A DNA stretch of 57,306 nt from Clostridia bacterium (GCA_009929275.1 SAAW01000004.1:1-57306); one strand, 5' to 3'. Shown: positions 29,859 through 40,852, numbered from the stretch's first letter. The notes: generated by a model from the sequence alone, not told the origin. Made by a program: numbers and translations.

Positions 29859-30854
29859 ATGGATAAGGAAAAAAATGTTGAACAGGCAATTTTGCAGATT
29901 GAAAAACAATTTGGCAAAGGTTGCATTATGAAACTTGGCGAACAGCCAATGGAAAAAGTAGACGTCATTCCCACTGGGTGTTTGGTTCTCGACAGTGCTC
30001 TGGGCATTGGCGGAGTGCCTCGTGGCAGAATTATTGAGATTTATGGGCCAGAATCTTCTGGGAAGACAACCGTTGCTTTGCACCTCATTGCACAGGCACA
30101 AAAACTTTCAGGAACAGCGGCGTTTATCGATGCGGAACATGCTTTGGACCCCGTTTATGCGGGCAATCTTGGCGTTGACCTCGATGAACTCTATGTCTCT
30201 CAACCCGACAATGGCGAGCAGGCACTTGACATCTGTGAAACGCTTGTGAAAAGCGGTGCGTTTGACATCGTTGTCGTCGATTCTGTGGCTGCACTCACTC
30301 CAAAAGCGGAGATTGAGGGTGAGATGGGCGATAGTTTTATGGGACTGCAAGCAAGACTTATGAGTCAGGCTTTGAGAAAACTCGCAGGCATAACAAACAA
30401 AAGTAAATCTTGCGTTGTATTCATCAATCAACTTCGCGACAAAATCGGCGTTATGTTTGGTTCACCAGAGACGACAACAGGCGGAAAGGCTCTCAAATTT
30501 TACGCAAGCGTTCGACTTGACGTCAGAAAAATCGACACCATCAAAGAGGGAAGCGATATGGTGGGCAATCGAACTAGGATTAAAGTGGTTAAAAACAAAC
30601 TTGCGCCACCTTTTAAGACTGCTGAATTTGACATTATTTATGGCAAGGGCATTTCAAACGTGGGGTGCATATTAGATTTGGCAGTGGAACATAATATTAT
30701 TGACAAAAGTGGCTCTTGGTTTGCATATAAAGGCGAAAAAATTGCTCAAGGAAAAGAAAATGTGAAAGTTTATCTTGAGAAAAATCCGCAGGTGTGCGAG
30801 GAAATTGAAAAATTAGTGAAAGACGCAATTCAAAATCCAACAAAAAAAGACTGA
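29859..30854 (+). CDS. recA: recombinase RecA
   Basis: ATG at 29859 after AAAGGAAAAA (TTG 29835 is an alternative). Walker [44 protein letters not shown]. Confidence 0.97.
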   Translation: MDKEKNVEQAILQIEKQFGKGCIMKLGEQPMEKVDVIPTGCLVLDSALGIGGVPRGRIIEIYGPESSGKTTVALHLIAQAQKLSGTAAFIDAEHALDPVYAGNLGVDLDELYVSQPDNGEQALDICETLVKSGAFDIVVVDSVAALTPKAEIEGEMGDSFMGLQARLMSQALRKLAGITNKSKSCVVFINQLRDKIGVMFGSPETTTGGKALKFYASVRLDVRKIDTIKEGSDMVGNRTRIKVVKNKLAPPFKTAEFDIIYGKGISNVGCILDLAVEHNIIDKSGSWFAYKGEKIAQGKENVKVYLEKNPQVCEEIEKLVKDAIQNPTKKD

Positions 30855-30881
30855 GTCACTCATCGACGGGAGAAAGGATAA

Positions 30882-32567
30882 ATGAAAAAAATTTTTAAAT
30901 ACATATATATCACAGTCATCTTTTTTTGCGTTGGGCTGGTCTTTTATGGTTGCTCAACTTCAAACGCTGTGACGGCATATCAAATCGCAGTCAGTTATGG
31001 TTTTAAGGGGACTGAAGAAGAATGGCTCGCAAGTCTTATTGTTGAAGGTAAGTCTGCCTATGAAATTGCGGTTGAAAATGAATTTGAAGGCACTGAAGCA
31101 GAATGGCTTGAAAGTTTGAAAGGTAAGTCTGCCTATGAAATTGCGGTTGCGAATGATTTTGAAGGCACTGAAGAGGAGTGGCTCGCAAGTCTTATTGTTG
31201 AAGGCAAGTCTGCCTATGAAATTGCGGTTGAAAATGGTTACGATGATGATGTTGTTTCGTGGCTGGTAAGTTTGTTTGTTGTTGACGATTCAAACATTGA
31301 AGATTTGTCCGCACAAAGTTTGTTTAATCTTGGCGTTTCTTTGGGAGAATACACAGAGGATTCCGCTGGTTATGAGGATTTTATGGCGGACTATTTGGCT
31401 ACTGTGACAAGTTCTGCTAGTTCGACGGCAGTGCAACAAGTGTCTGCAAAGTGTCTAAATCAAGTGGTTAGTGTCTACACAGAGGACGGCTCTGGGGCTG
31501 GAGTCATCTATGAAATTAACGAAGAGGAACAATTTGCCTATATTATAACAAACTATCACGTGGTCGTGCTTTCGACAACAGTTGACTCAACGACAACATA
31601 TGCTCCTGCAACGGATATATATTTTTACACTTATGGCGCGGAAACAGTTGGAGTCACAATGGAAAGTGAATATAACTATGGAAATAAGTTTTATATGGCA
31701 GAATATGTTGGAGGCAGTGCGGACTATGATATTGCAGTCCTTAAAGTGACTGGAGAATATTTCACCAGATTAAACGCAACAGACGCAGAGACAGTGACTT
31801 TTGCAGACACGACAAATCTTCAACCGGGGACGACGGCAATTGCAATTGGCAATCCTTTGGGAGAGGGCATCGCGGTCACAAGCGGGGTTGTCAGTGTGGA
31901 CAGGGAAATGGTGAGCGTTTCCATCGCTGGAGAAGACAGAACTCTTCCTTGTTTGAGGCTTGATGCTGCCATTAATGGCGGAAACAGCGGTGGCGGAGTG
32001 TTCGACATAAACGGAAATCTCATTGGTATTACAAACGCAAAATATTCGAGTGTGGCAATTGAAAATGTTGCAAACGCCATTTTGGCAAGTAATGTCAAAA
32101 ATGTTGTGGAAAATATAGTTTATTTCTATGAACAAAATTTTGATGAATTAGCCGAAGATAATAGTGTGGGAGTCCACAAATATGTCATTGGATTTTCTTC
32201 ATACGACCTAAACCCAACAAATACTTATAATTCAGAGAATTTCACAAACAATAAATCCGCAGACATAACAGTTGATTTGGTGGGTGAAAATTCAATTGCA
32301 AGTGAGATTGGGCTTGCTGTGGGTGACATCGTGAGGTCACTTAAAATTAAGCGAGCGGGAAGTGACACTTTCCAAACAATTAGTTTTAACACAGGCTATG
32401 AAATTAGTAATTTTATGCTGACAGCACGTGCGGGCGACGAGATTGTTCTTGTCGTGGACAGATTACAAAGTGGCACGACGGACACTTATGTCAGCACTGA
32501 TTTAACTTCTTTCACGGTGGACTCTTCAAAATATGTTGAATATAAAAACAACTCTGTGATTGAGTAA
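30882..32567 (+). CDS. lipoprotein trypsin-like (S1C) serine protease with N-terminal tandem repeats
   Basis: Lipobox VFYGC. Four ~27-31-aa repeats (SAYEIAVEN.FEGTE.EWL.SL). Catalytic His/Asp/Ser motifs NYHVV, DIAVLKV and GNSGGGVF. Confidence 0.85.
   Translation: MKKIFKYIYITVIFFCVGLVFYGCSTSNAVTAYQIAVSYGFKGTEEEWLASLIVEGKSAYEIAVENEFEGTEAEWLESLKGKSAYEIAVANDFEGTEEEWLASLIVEGKSAYEIAVENGYDDDVVSWLVSLFVVDDSNIEDLSAQSLFNLGVSLGEYTEDSAGYEDFMADYLATVTSSASSTAVQQVSAKCLNQVVSVYTEDGSGAGVIYEINEEEQFAYIITNYHVVVLSTTVDSTTTYAPATDIYFYTYGAETVGVTMESEYNYGNKFYMAEYVGGSADYDIAVLKVTGEYFTRLNATDAETVTFADTTNLQPGTTAIAIGNPLGEGIAVTSGVVSVDREMVSVSIAGEDRTLPCLRLDAAINGGNSGGGVFDINGNLIGITNAKYSSVAIENVANAILASNVKNVVENIVYFYEQNFDELAEDNSVGVHKYVIGFSSYDLNPTNTYNSENFTNNKSADITVDLVGENSIASEIGLAVGDIVRSLKIKRAGSDTFQTISFNTGYEISNFMLTARAGDEIVLVVDRLQSGTTDTYVSTDLTSFTVDSSKYVEYKNNSVIE
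30973..31260 (+). repeat. intragenic tandem repeats (about 75-93 bp units)
   Basis: 31019-31080 and 31176-31237 differ at only 2 of 62 nt. Four protein-level repeat units. Confidence 0.9.
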
Positions 32568-32595
32568 AATAATTTTTAAAAAAATTGCAAAATGA

Positions 32596-32628
32596 TAAAA
32601 AAAGCACCATAAATTTGGTGTTTTTTTT
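32596..32628. terminator. bidirectional terminator between convergent genes
   Basis: A-run, stem GCACCA / TGGTG(T), T8 run. Confidence 0.7.
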
Positions 32629-32656
32629 GTTGATTTTCCAATAAATTCAAAGGTTA

Positions 32657-34021
32657 TTATAAACTTTTAGATTTGAATTTTTTTATAATAGAAACATTAT
32701 CTTTTGAATTTGAAATTAAAGGGAAGTTTTCGTCATCTATTACTTTTTTGTTAAGAAAAAGTCCTATGCACATAAAGGAATATATGTGAGCGGAGGCGTT
32801 AAAACTGCCAAGTAATCCCACAATAATATTGATGATGATTGCAAGTAAAAATCCATATTGAACAAGACTTTTTGTTTTGTTTTTGAAAAATATTTGAAGT
32901 AAACAAAAGATTATTGCAATGTAGCAAGCACCGCCCAGCAAGCCAAAGTCGAGAGAAAGAGAAAGGAAAACATTGTGTGGGCGAAAGGTGTTAAAACTGC
33001 CCGCACCATAGCCGAAAATTGGACTGTTTGAAATGTTGACGATTGCATTTTGCCACAGTTCTGCCCTGTCCCAGCCGTCAAAACCTAAAATGTTTGAAGT
33101 GTCGATGCCGTGTTGCTGAGTTATGCCAAAAAATTCCAAGAGTTTTGTGCCAAGAAGGCTGTCGCTTGCTCCCAAAATTTCCACAAAATAGTTTGCAGTT
33201 GTCGTGGCTCGATTGTTGTATAAAATTGGAATTATGTCTACCAACAGTGAAATCGCCACCATTGAGAGTATAAAAATTAAAGACCACACTGCGTATTTTT
33301 TATTTTTGTTCAAAAAAACAATGAGAGAAACAAAAAGAATGATAAAAACAGCGCTTATGGACATAAAGGAACTGTTTAAAAAAAGAAAAAGTGCAAAGTT
33401 TATAAAGCCAATAAATAAGAGAATTCTGGTTCTTTTTTTACTTGATTTTAAAAAATATATAAATGTGACGGCAAGGGCAGTGGCGACAACTTCTGCGGAA
33501 TAGTTTGGATTCAAAAATTGAAGGGAAAGTGGATATGACCCTGTGTGAAAACCTGGCATAAAGAGATTTTTTGGGTCAATATATCCCATTATGCAACAAA
33601 TGCTGATGACTATGAGAAAAACAAAAATGACATTTTTCGCCTGACTTTTGCTTAGAAAATAGAAACACAAAATTATCAAAGCAAAAGAAAAATAGGTGAG
33701 CAAATCAATGGTAAAGCCGTTCACAAATGAAGATGCAATCATAACAAAAAACAAAACGAAAAGGGAGATTATAAGCGGTTTTTTGAGAAAATTTTGAAAA
33801 CTTATTTTCGTAATTTGATGTTTTTGAATTGCACTTTTGAGTTGGACTGAAAGAAAAATAAGATAGGCAATAAAAAATAAAATTAGAAAAGCGTCAACTT
33901 TTAAAAAGTAAAAAAATCCAATAAGTGAGATTAATATTGGAATTAAAACAATGTATAGTGCAAAAATATAGTTTATCACGCTTTCTTTGTTATGTTTAGC
34001 GGGTTCTTTTGTGATTATCAT
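32657..34021 (-). CDS. O-antigen ligase/polymerase-like (Wzy_C) multi-TM membrane protein
   Basis: About 10-12 TM segments with a loop containing the PIFGYGAGSFN motif typical of the O-antigen ligase family. The family call is from memory. Confidence 0.6.
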   Translation of the reverse strand: MIITKEPAKHNKESVINYIFALYIVLIPILISLIGFFYFLKVDAFLILFFIAYLIFLSVQLKSAIQKHQITKISFQNFLKKPLIISLFVLFFVMIASSFVNGFTIDLLTYFSFALIILCFYFLSKSQAKNVIFVFLIVISICCIMGYIDPKNLFMPGFHTGSYPLSLQFLNPNYSAEVVATALAVTFIYFLKSSKKRTRILLFIGFINFALFLFLNSSFMSISAVFIILFVSLIVFLNKNKKYAVWSLIFILSMVAISLLVDIIPILYNNRATTTANYFVEILGASDSLLGTKLLEFFGITQQHGIDTSNILGFDGWDRAELWQNAIVNISNSPIFGYGAGSFNTFRPHNVFLSLSLDFGLLGGACYIAIIFCLLQIFFKNKTKSLVQYGFLLAIIINIIVGLLGSFNASAHIYSFMCIGLFLNKKVIDDENFPLISNSKDNVSIIKKFKSKSL

Positions 34022-34096
34022 AAGAAAATTTTACCATAAAATTATTTTTAAGAAAATCTTTTTAAACTCTTAATATTAAAGTAAATGCAAAATTTT

Positions 34097-34402
34097 TTAA
34101 AGATTAAGTTTTTGAAAAAAATATTTTCTTATATCGCTTGGAAGTGTGTCCACCGCTTGCCGAAGAAGAAGTTTGTCGCTTCCTGAAAGGAAAAGACTCT
34201 CAAGTGAAAAATTTTTTTCTATGCCAATGCCTCCATTCCTTCCTGGTTTAGTGAAGGTTGGAATGCCCGCACTTTCAAGTTCCGAAAGATATCGAAAAAC
34301 AGTGCGAGTGGAAATCTCAAATTTATTTGCCACCTCTTTTGCAGGCACTATATGATGTTTGTTCAGTTCCAAAAGGACTGCAAATCCAAGATATATTTTC
34401 AT
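34097..34402 (-). CDS. small HTH_11/DeoR-N-type transcriptional regulator (YafY N-terminal-like, no WYL domain)
   Basis: SD AGAGGGGA. 101 aa. AKEVANKFEISTRTVFRYLSELESAGIP winged-HTH signature. Confidence 0.7.
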   Translation of the reverse strand: MKIYLGFAVLLELNKHHIVPAKEVANKFEISTRTVFRYLSELESAGIPTFTKPGRNGGIGIEKNFSLESLFLSGSDKLLLRQAVDTLPSDIRKYFFQKLNL

Positions 34403-34480
34403 TTTTCCCCTCTTATAATTTTATTTTTAAATTTTCTTTTTAAAAACGACTAAATAATGTTAAATTTATATCCAAAAACA

Positions 34481-34520
34481 ATTATACAATATATTTATTT
34501 ACAAGTCAAACATATGTTCG
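34481..34520 (-). promoter_or_regulatory. near-consensus promoter with overlapping LexA box (minus strand)
   Basis: Minus strand reads CGAACATATGTTTGACT-N17-TATAAT. LexA box at 34507-34520, -35 TTGACT at 34504-34509, -10 TATAAT at 34481-34486. Confidence 0.65.
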
Positions 34521-34659
34521 ACAGTATTTTTCTTTTTTAATTTTTCTTTAAACTCGTTTAAATTTGTATATAATATTATTATAAAAAAATTGATATAATT
34601 TTTGGAATTTACAAAATTTGTGGTAATATTTAGATTATAAAAAGAGATGAAAGATAAAA

Positions 34660-37026
34660 ATGAAAAATAGTAATTACATTTTAAAATATAAAACAGCGGG
34701 CAAAGGTCCGAGAAGTGCGGTGCCGACTGGCAATGGAAAAATTGGGCTTCTTGTTTTTGGTGGTGCAAAAAATGAGAGGATTGTTGTCAATAACAGCGAA
34801 CTTGTTTGGAAAGGGCACACGGGCGTGCTCCCAGACGTTTCAGACAAAGTGAAAATGATTTCAAAAAAGATGCTTTCGAGCAACTATCGTGAGGCTGAAG
34901 TTGTGCTTACAGATGCACTTTTTGCCAAAAATTATAAGCCTGAGCCCTCATATCCTTTGCCTCTTTGCGACTTTGTGCTGAACAACTTTGTCGCCAGCGA
35001 TGTGGACGAATATTTCAGAGCCGTGGATATGCAGACGAGCGAAGTGGAAGTGAGTTTTAGAGATAAGGAAGGCAGGCTTGTCAGGGACCTCTTTGTGGAC
35101 AAAAATAGCGATGTGATTTGCTACAAAATTTTTGGCACAAACGGCAAAAAAGTCAGCCTAGACTTCACCATAACTTTGCACGACAAAGTTTATAATAGAA
35201 TGGCAAACCTTGAAACTTTTCCTATTGATATTCCGTTTGAAACCCACACCGACAGAGATTTTGTCGTCTTCACCGCAAGAAATGACGACGGAACAGACTT
35301 CGGCTGTGTGGCGAAAGTGCTTTCTCCAAGCGGAAATATGCAGAGATATGACGATAAGATTGAGATGAAATGTGCTGATAAAGTGCTCATTCTGGCAAAG
35401 ACTTTTGTGAAAAAAAACAAAGACGAAGAAGTTCAGAAGATTATGGACGAATTGTCGCTTATGAAGACTCCATATGACAAAATGATGAAAGAAAACGCAA
35501 TTTCTTTTGGCAAGAGAATGATGACGACTGAGTTTGACCTTGAAAATGACGACGAGAAAACTGTGGAAGAGGAGTTGCTTGATTGCAAGAGCGGAAAGAT
35601 AAACAGAAATTTTCTTGTGAAACTATATAACTATGGCAAATATCTTTTTGAGATTTCGTCAGAAAATTTGAACTGCTGTGCTTGTGGTGTTTTAAACGGC
35701 GACTATATGGCATATCAAAGCACGACAAATAATTTTGTGCAACTTTCAAGGCTCTACAACTTTTCTTTCAAAAGTTCTCCTAATGATAATATGAAGAATG
35801 TTTTTGAGCGATTTTTTAATAATATAGACGACTACAAAAAGAATTCGACGAGGCTTTTTGGGTGCAGAGGCATTTTTATCCCCAGCCTTGAAGCCCCTGA
35901 AAGTGGACTGCCGGGGAACATTACTCCCGACGTTGTGCTTAACTTTAATGTGGCGTCGCAAGTGTCCTATATGATTTTTAAATATTATCTTGTCACGGGT
36001 GACGTCGATTTCATTCGTGAGAAAGGCTTTGAATTTATTGAACAAGCAGGGTTTTTCTATGAGGAATTTTTAAAAGAAAACAAAAACACACAAATGCTTG
36101 AATCACCTTTTGGCATCTCTCCCTATTCATCTCCACTTAATTTTAAGAGCAAACTTGGCGACTTGCACATTTGCTCAAATTGCCTTGTCGATTTTGCGAG
36201 TGCAAAACTTGTGTTTATGATCCTAAATCAACTTTGTGTGGTGCTGGGGAAAGAACAAACGCAAATTGAAAAGTGGGAAAATCTCTATGCCAAAATTCCC
36301 GATGTGGAAGTGGACAAAAGCGGGCTTATCAAGGAATATAATTCCAACATTTTTGAGACAGACAATTCTTCTCCTTACATTTCTCACCTTTTCCCCTACA
36401 ACATTGGCTTCAAACCTTCTAAAACAAAGAGGGAATTTGAAACGCTTGTTGCAAACACCATTAAATATCGCTTTGTAAGTGCAATCGGGGCATTTTCTTC
36501 AAGCGAACTTGTGGATATGGCGCTCGCTCTTTCCACTTGCGGAGAGTCAAGCGACTCCTATGAAGTGCTGAAAACTACAATCAAAAACTTCATTGGCACA
36601 AATCTCATCTTCAACACCGACGACATTTCAAATATGGGCATTGGCAGGACAAGTCAGTTCAGCAGTGTGAACCTAGACAAAAACACTTGCCTTTGTGCTT
36701 GCGTGCAAAATATGTTTTTAAATTCAAGCAAAAACAATATATATTTGTTTCAAAATTTGCCTGCCGAATTCAAAAAAGGCTTTATTAAAGGCTTGACGCT
36801 CGACTATCAAATCACCTGCGACGTTGAGTTTAATTTGAGGCGGGGGTTAATCAAACTTAGGCTGAAATCTCCACGAAACACCACTGTCAACCTCTTTTTG
36901 CCACGAGGGTTTAGGAAAGTTAAAGGGACAGATGTTTTGGTGGACAAACAAAATATGGTGATAAACGGATTTAGCCTGCCTGCAAATAAATATGTTAAAC
37001 TGAAAATCTTTTATACTAACTTGTGA
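34660..37026 (+). CDS. cytoplasmic GH95-like glycoside hydrolase (alpha-L-fucosidase family?)
   Basis: 788 aa with no signal peptide. The N-terminus PTGNGKIGLLVFGGAKNERIVVNNSELVWKGH resembles the GH95 N-terminal domain, recalled from memory. Confidence 0.5.
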   Translation: MKNSNYILKYKTAGKGPRSAVPTGNGKIGLLVFGGAKNERIVVNNSELVWKGHTGVLPDVSDKVKMISKKMLSSNYREAEVVLTDALFAKNYKPEPSYPLPLCDFVLNNFVASDVDEYFRAVDMQTSEVEVSFRDKEGRLVRDLFVDKNSDVICYKIFGTNGKKVSLDFTITLHDKVYNRMANLETFPIDIPFETHTDRDFVVFTARNDDGTDFGCVAKVLSPSGNMQRYDDKIEMKCADKVLILAKTFVKKNKDEEVQKIMDELSLMKTPYDKMMKENAISFGKRMMTTEFDLENDDEKTVEEELLDCKSGKINRNFLVKLYNYGKYLFEISSENLNCCACGVLNGDYMAYQSTTNNFVQLSRLYNFSFKSSPNDNMKNVFERFFNNIDDYKKNSTRLFGCRGIFIPSLEAPESGLPGNITPDVVLNFNVASQVSYMIFKYYLVTGDVDFIREKGFEFIEQAGFFYEEFLKENKNTQMLESPFGISPYSSPLNFKSKLGDLHICSNCLVDFASAKLVFMILNQLCVVLGKEQTQIEKWENLYAKIPDVEVDKSGLIKEYNSNIFETDNSSPYISHLFPYNIGFKPSKTKREFETLVANTIKYRFVSAIGAFSSSELVDMALALSTCGESSDSYEVLKTTIKNFIGTNLIFNTDDISNMGIGRTSQFSSVNLDKNTCLCACVQNMFLNSSKNNIYLFQNLPAEFKKGFIKGLTLDYQITCDVEFNLRRGLIKLRLKSPRNTTVNLFLPRGFRKVKGTDVLVDKQNMVINGFSLPANKYVKLKIFYTNL

Positions 37027-37075
37027 TTATTTGCAATATTTGATATAATGTCTTTGTTTAAAAGAGGAGAAATTT

Positions 37076-37570
37076 ATGTTTGAATTTTTTAAGAGTTATC
37101 AAAAATGGGAACATCTAAGCATTGAGGACAAAAAGGATACTTTGCAAAATTGTGTTGAGTTTTATGAGAGCAAAACTCTCAGCTACATTTTGGCTTTTCT
37201 TCCCGAAGAAAAGAGAGTTAAGTTTGTTAAAGAACCTGTTCAACTGAGGTTTACCACCACTCAAACTGCGGGGCAAGATGTAAGTTTTGCGGATAATGTT
37301 GTTATGGTTTTTTCCACAAAAATATTGAGCGGAGATAAGAAAAATTTGTTTTTTGATGTTGCAAAAAACACAATCTGTGCAGTATTTTTGAATTTGTTTA
37401 ACAGCACGGCGAACACCTCTTCTAAAAAGACAAAATTTGGCGAACTTGCAAACGGATATTTTGCTTCAATCACCAGCGAATTTGGCGAAGGTCAACAGTT
37501 TGAGCAAGATATGATGGCAGTTTGCAGTGAAGTCTTATCGGAAAGCGTTGAGATGACAACTTCAAAATAA
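37076..37570 (+). CDS. hypothetical protein
   Basis: SD AGAGGAGA. 164-aa intact ORF with no recognisable motif. Confidence 0.6.
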   Translation: MFEFFKSYQKWEHLSIEDKKDTLQNCVEFYESKTLSYILAFLPEEKRVKFVKEPVQLRFTTTQTAGQDVSFADNVVMVFSTKILSGDKKNLFFDVAKNTICAVFLNLFNSTANTSSKKTKFGELANGYFASITSEFGEGQQFEQDMMAVCSEVLSESVEMTTSK

Positions 37571-37617
37571 AAAAATAAATATAAAAAAAATTAAAAAATA
37601 ACTTTTTTAAACAAAGG

Positions 37618-38688
37618 TTATTTTTTTTCATTTTTAAGCACGGATAAAATGACATTGCAGATGTTTTCTGCTCCGTTGAAAAATTCTTGATTGCTGGAAC
37701 TTTGGGTTTTGGCAATTTCTTTTCGTTTTTCAAAAAGATTTTCAATCGAGTCCATAAGCGTTTTTTCTGTCATATTCGATTGCTCCAAAACAGTGGCAAA
37801 ATTTTTCTTCTCAAAATATTTTGCGTTTTCCACTTGGTCTCCCCGCGAAATGCCTTTTGGGAGCGGAATGAGAAGCATTGGCTTTTTGAGAAAGAGAAGT
37901 TCATAGATGGCATTTGAGCCCGCGCGAGAGATGACGACGTCACAAACTTTGAAAAGATGCTCAATGTTTTGGCAAAATTCCATTTGACAATAATTTTCAT
38001 AAGCAATCTTTTTGTTCATTTTATTTTTGCCAGTGAGATGAATGACATTATATTTTTTTAAAAGTTTGGGCAAGATTTTTTGGATAATATCGTTCAAATC
38101 ACTTGCCCCTGCCGAACCGCCTGTCACCAAAATTGTGGGGCGAGTTCCGTCCACTTTGGACAATTCATAGCCTTTTTCTTTGTCGCCATTTTGAAGTTGT
38201 GCGCGAATTGGAGAACCTGTGAAGACTGCTTTTTTAAGTCCAACACAAGTGATGTCAAAACTGGTGCAAAACTTTTTGCTAATACTATATATAAGTTTGT
38301 TTGCTCTCCCAAGAGTCATATCAGATTCGTGGCTGACAATGGGAATTTTTAGCATTTTTCCTGCTATGCAAACGGGCACAGACACATATCCGCCTTTTGA
38401 GAAAATAACATCGGGCTTAATTTTTTTTAAAATTTTTTTGCACGAGCATATACTTTTCATCAGTTGAAAGGGCAGGGCAAGATTTTTAATTCTGTTTGCT
38501 CTGTTCAATTTGTGTGCGGGAATTTCGATGAAAGTCACCCCGCTTTGGCGAGAAATCAGTTCCTTTTCCATACCATTTGTGCCGATGTAAAAGATTTTTT
38601 GGAAATGCTTTTTAAGGTGTGGCAAAAGGCTAATGTTTGGAATGATATGTCCGCCTGTTCCTCCACCTGTCAGAACAATTGTTTTCAT
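37618..38688 (-). CDS. murG: UDP-N-acetylglucosamine--N-acetylmuramyl-(pentapeptide) pyrophosphoryl-undecaprenol N-acetylglucosamine transferase
   Basis: MKTIVLTGGGTGGHIIPNISL N-terminus. GT28 C-terminal TGGSAGAS and SRAGSNAIYELL. Confidence 0.92.
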   Translation of the reverse strand: MKTIVLTGGGTGGHIIPNISLLPHLKKHFQKIFYIGTNGMEKELISRQSGVTFIEIPAHKLNRANRIKNLALPFQLMKSICSCKKILKKIKPDVIFSKGGYVSVPVCIAGKMLKIPIVSHESDMTLGRANKLIYSISKKFCTSFDITCVGLKKAVFTGSPIRAQLQNGDKEKGYELSKVDGTRPTILVTGGSAGASDLNDIIQKILPKLLKKYNVIHLTGKNKMNKKIAYENYCQMEFCQNIEHLFKVCDVVISRAGSNAIYELLFLKKPMLLIPLPKGISRGDQVENAKYFEKKNFATVLEQSNMTEKTLMDSIENLFEKRKEIAKTQSSSNQEFFNGAENICNVILSVLKNEKK

Positions 38689-38892
38689 AAAGATAGTATA
38701 TGAAATAAGTTGCTAAAAAATTAAAAATGAATAAATATTTTATATATTGGATAATTATTCATAGTTTTGTGTGTGGAATTGTAAAAATAATAAAATTTTA
38801 GCAAAAAACTGCATATTCATTAGGAATTTAAAAGACCTTGTGATAAAATTTTTTCTTGAAAGATACTATATAAGTTCAAAAGGAGAAAAGAT

Positions 38893-40842
38893 TTGACTAG
38901 GAGTTATGATTCAAAAGATTTGGTAGTTTTAGATGGATTAGATGCTGTTAGGCTTCGCCCCGGAATGTATATTGGCTCGACGGGAAGTAAGGGTGTTCAT
39001 CACATTTTGTGGGAGATTGTGGACAACTCTATCGACGAAATTACAAACGGATTTGGTTCGAAAATTACCATCACAATGCACGCAAATGGTTCGGTTACTG
39101 TGGAGGACAATGGGCGGGGAATCCCTGTGGATATTCACCCAACGTACAAAGTCTCGGGGGCAGAACTTGTGTTCACAAAACTGCACGCAGGCGGGAAGTT
39201 TGACTCTAAAAACTATAACTATTCGGGCGGACTTCACGGCGTCGGGGCTTCGGTGACTAACGCATTAAGTGAATATATGGACGTGCGAATTTACAGAAAC
39301 TGCAAAGAATATGAGATTAAATTCCACTCTGTTGCAGATTCAAAGGGCAAAGTCCACGGCGGAGTGCTTAAGCAAAAACTAATGGAAATCGGACCCACAA
39401 AAAAGAATGGAACGACGATAACTTTTTTGCCAGACAAAAGGATTTTTGGCGACATAACACTTGACCCTGTTATAATCAAAAAAAGGCTGAAAGAACTTGC
39501 ATATCTAAACAAAGGGCTAGAAATTATTTTTGTGGAAGACGAGGCAAATGTCACAAAAAAATATAAATTTGACGGCGGGTTGGTGGACTTCATTGAATAT
39601 TTGTGCGAAGCAAAGACAATGCTTTTCAAACCTGCTTTTTTCATCGAAAGTGAAGATGAAAGGTTGCAAATGTCTGCTGCCATTTCCTACACAGACGGTT
39701 ACACCGACAGTTTCTTTTCGTATGTCAACAACATACCCACCACAGAGGGTGGAACTCACGAAATGGGCTTTAAGTCGGGGTTGACCCGTGCATTAAACGA
39801 TGTGGCAAGGAAACTCGGGCTTTTGAAAGATAAAGAGGAAAATCTCTTGGGTGAAGACTATCGCGAGGGCATTTCAGCAGTGCTTGCAATCAAAATGAGA
39901 GATATTGAATTTGAAGGGCAGACAAAGACAAAACTTGGCAATCCAGAAGTGAAAAATATTGTTGAAAATATGGTTTTCAAAGAATTATTGAGATTTTTTG
40001 ACAAAAAAGAAAACGCAAAGATTGCGGGAATAATTTTAGACAAGGCAAAAGGGGCTGCTCGCACAAGGCTTGCTGCAAAAAAAGCAAAGGAACTTACTAG
40101 GCAGAAAAACAGCATTGAAAACAGTTGCCTTGTGGGGAAACTGGCTTCGTGTTCGGGCAGAAAATCAGAGCAAAACGAACTCTTCATTGTGGAGGGCGAC
40201 AGTGCTGGAGGAAGTGCAAAACAAGCGAGGGACAGAGGTTTTCAAGCCATTTTGCCACTCAAAGGAAAGCCACTGAATGCCGAAAAGAAAAGGCTCGACC
40301 AAGTGCTTGCAAACGAGGAAATAAGGACGATTATTGCCTCATTAGGCACGGGGATTGGCGAAGATTTTGACATCTCAAACTTAAAGTTTTATAAGGTGAT
40401 AATTCTTTCCGATGCCGACCAAGACGGCGCGCATATCAGGGCAATTTTGCTTACTTTCTTTTTTAGATATATGAAAGAACTCATCACAAATGGCAATGTC
40501 TACATTGGCTTGCCACCGCTATATAAAATTGAGAAAAAAGACAAAGTTGAATATGTCTATTCCGACAAAGAACTGCCAGAAGCCATCGAGAGATTTGGCA
40601 AAGGCTACACCATTCAAAGATATAAAGGGCTTGGCGAGATGAACCCAGAGCAACTTTGGGACACCACTATGGACCCTGCAAAAAGGACACTTGTGCGAGT
40701 GGGGATCGACGACATTGCAAACGCTGAACTTTTGATAACAACACTTATGGGGAATGATGTCGAGGCGAGAAAACAATATCTTTCGGAATATATTGACTTT
40801 AACAAGGAAGATAATTTCACTAAATATGGCGAAGGGAAGTAA
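38893..40842 (+). CDS. type IIA topoisomerase subunit B (GyrB/ParE family)
   Basis: TTG start 7 nt after [30 protein letters not shown] ATPase, [29 protein letters not shown]. 649 aa. Not next to dnaA/dnaN/recF, so possibly the ParE-type paralogue. Confidence 0.9.
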   Translation: MTRSYDSKDLVVLDGLDAVRLRPGMYIGSTGSKGVHHILWEIVDNSIDEITNGFGSKITITMHANGSVTVEDNGRGIPVDIHPTYKVSGAELVFTKLHAGGKFDSKNYNYSGGLHGVGASVTNALSEYMDVRIYRNCKEYEIKFHSVADSKGKVHGGVLKQKLMEIGPTKKNGTTITFLPDKRIFGDITLDPVIIKKRLKELAYLNKGLEIIFVEDEANVTKKYKFDGGLVDFIEYLCEAKTMLFKPAFFIESEDERLQMSAAISYTDGYTDSFFSYVNNIPTTEGGTHEMGFKSGLTRALNDVARKLGLLKDKEENLLGEDYREGISAVLAIKMRDIEFEGQTKTKLGNPEVKNIVENMVFKELLRFFDKKENAKIAGIILDKAKGAARTRLAAKKAKELTRQKNSIENSCLVGKLASCSGRKSEQNELFIVEGDSAGGSAKQARDRGFQAILPLKGKPLNAEKKRLDQVLANEEIRTIIASLGTGIGEDFDISNLKFYKVIILSDADQDGAHIRAILLTFFFRYMKELITNGNVYIGLPPLYKIEKKDKVEYVYSDKELPEAIERFGKGYTIQRYKGLGEMNPEQLWDTTMDPAKRTLVRVGIDDIANAELLITTLMGNDVEARKQYLSEYIDFNKEDNFTKYGEGK

Positions 40843-40852
40843 TTGGCAGAAT

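Noticed and set aside
34499-34768. 89-aa minus-strand ORF covering the HTH/GH95 intergenic region
   Set aside because: It spans the promoter and LexA-box region and the 5' end of the GH95-like gene, has no SD, and encodes an implausible low-complexity peptide.
40754-40852. Start of the topoisomerase A subunit at 40754, overlapping the B-subunit gene by 89 nt
   Set aside because: An 89-nt overlap is unusually long, and the peptide ([16 protein letters not shown]..) is simply the alternative frame of the B-subunit C-terminus. ATG 40853, just after the stop, is more plausible. ATG 40826 cannot be excluded.
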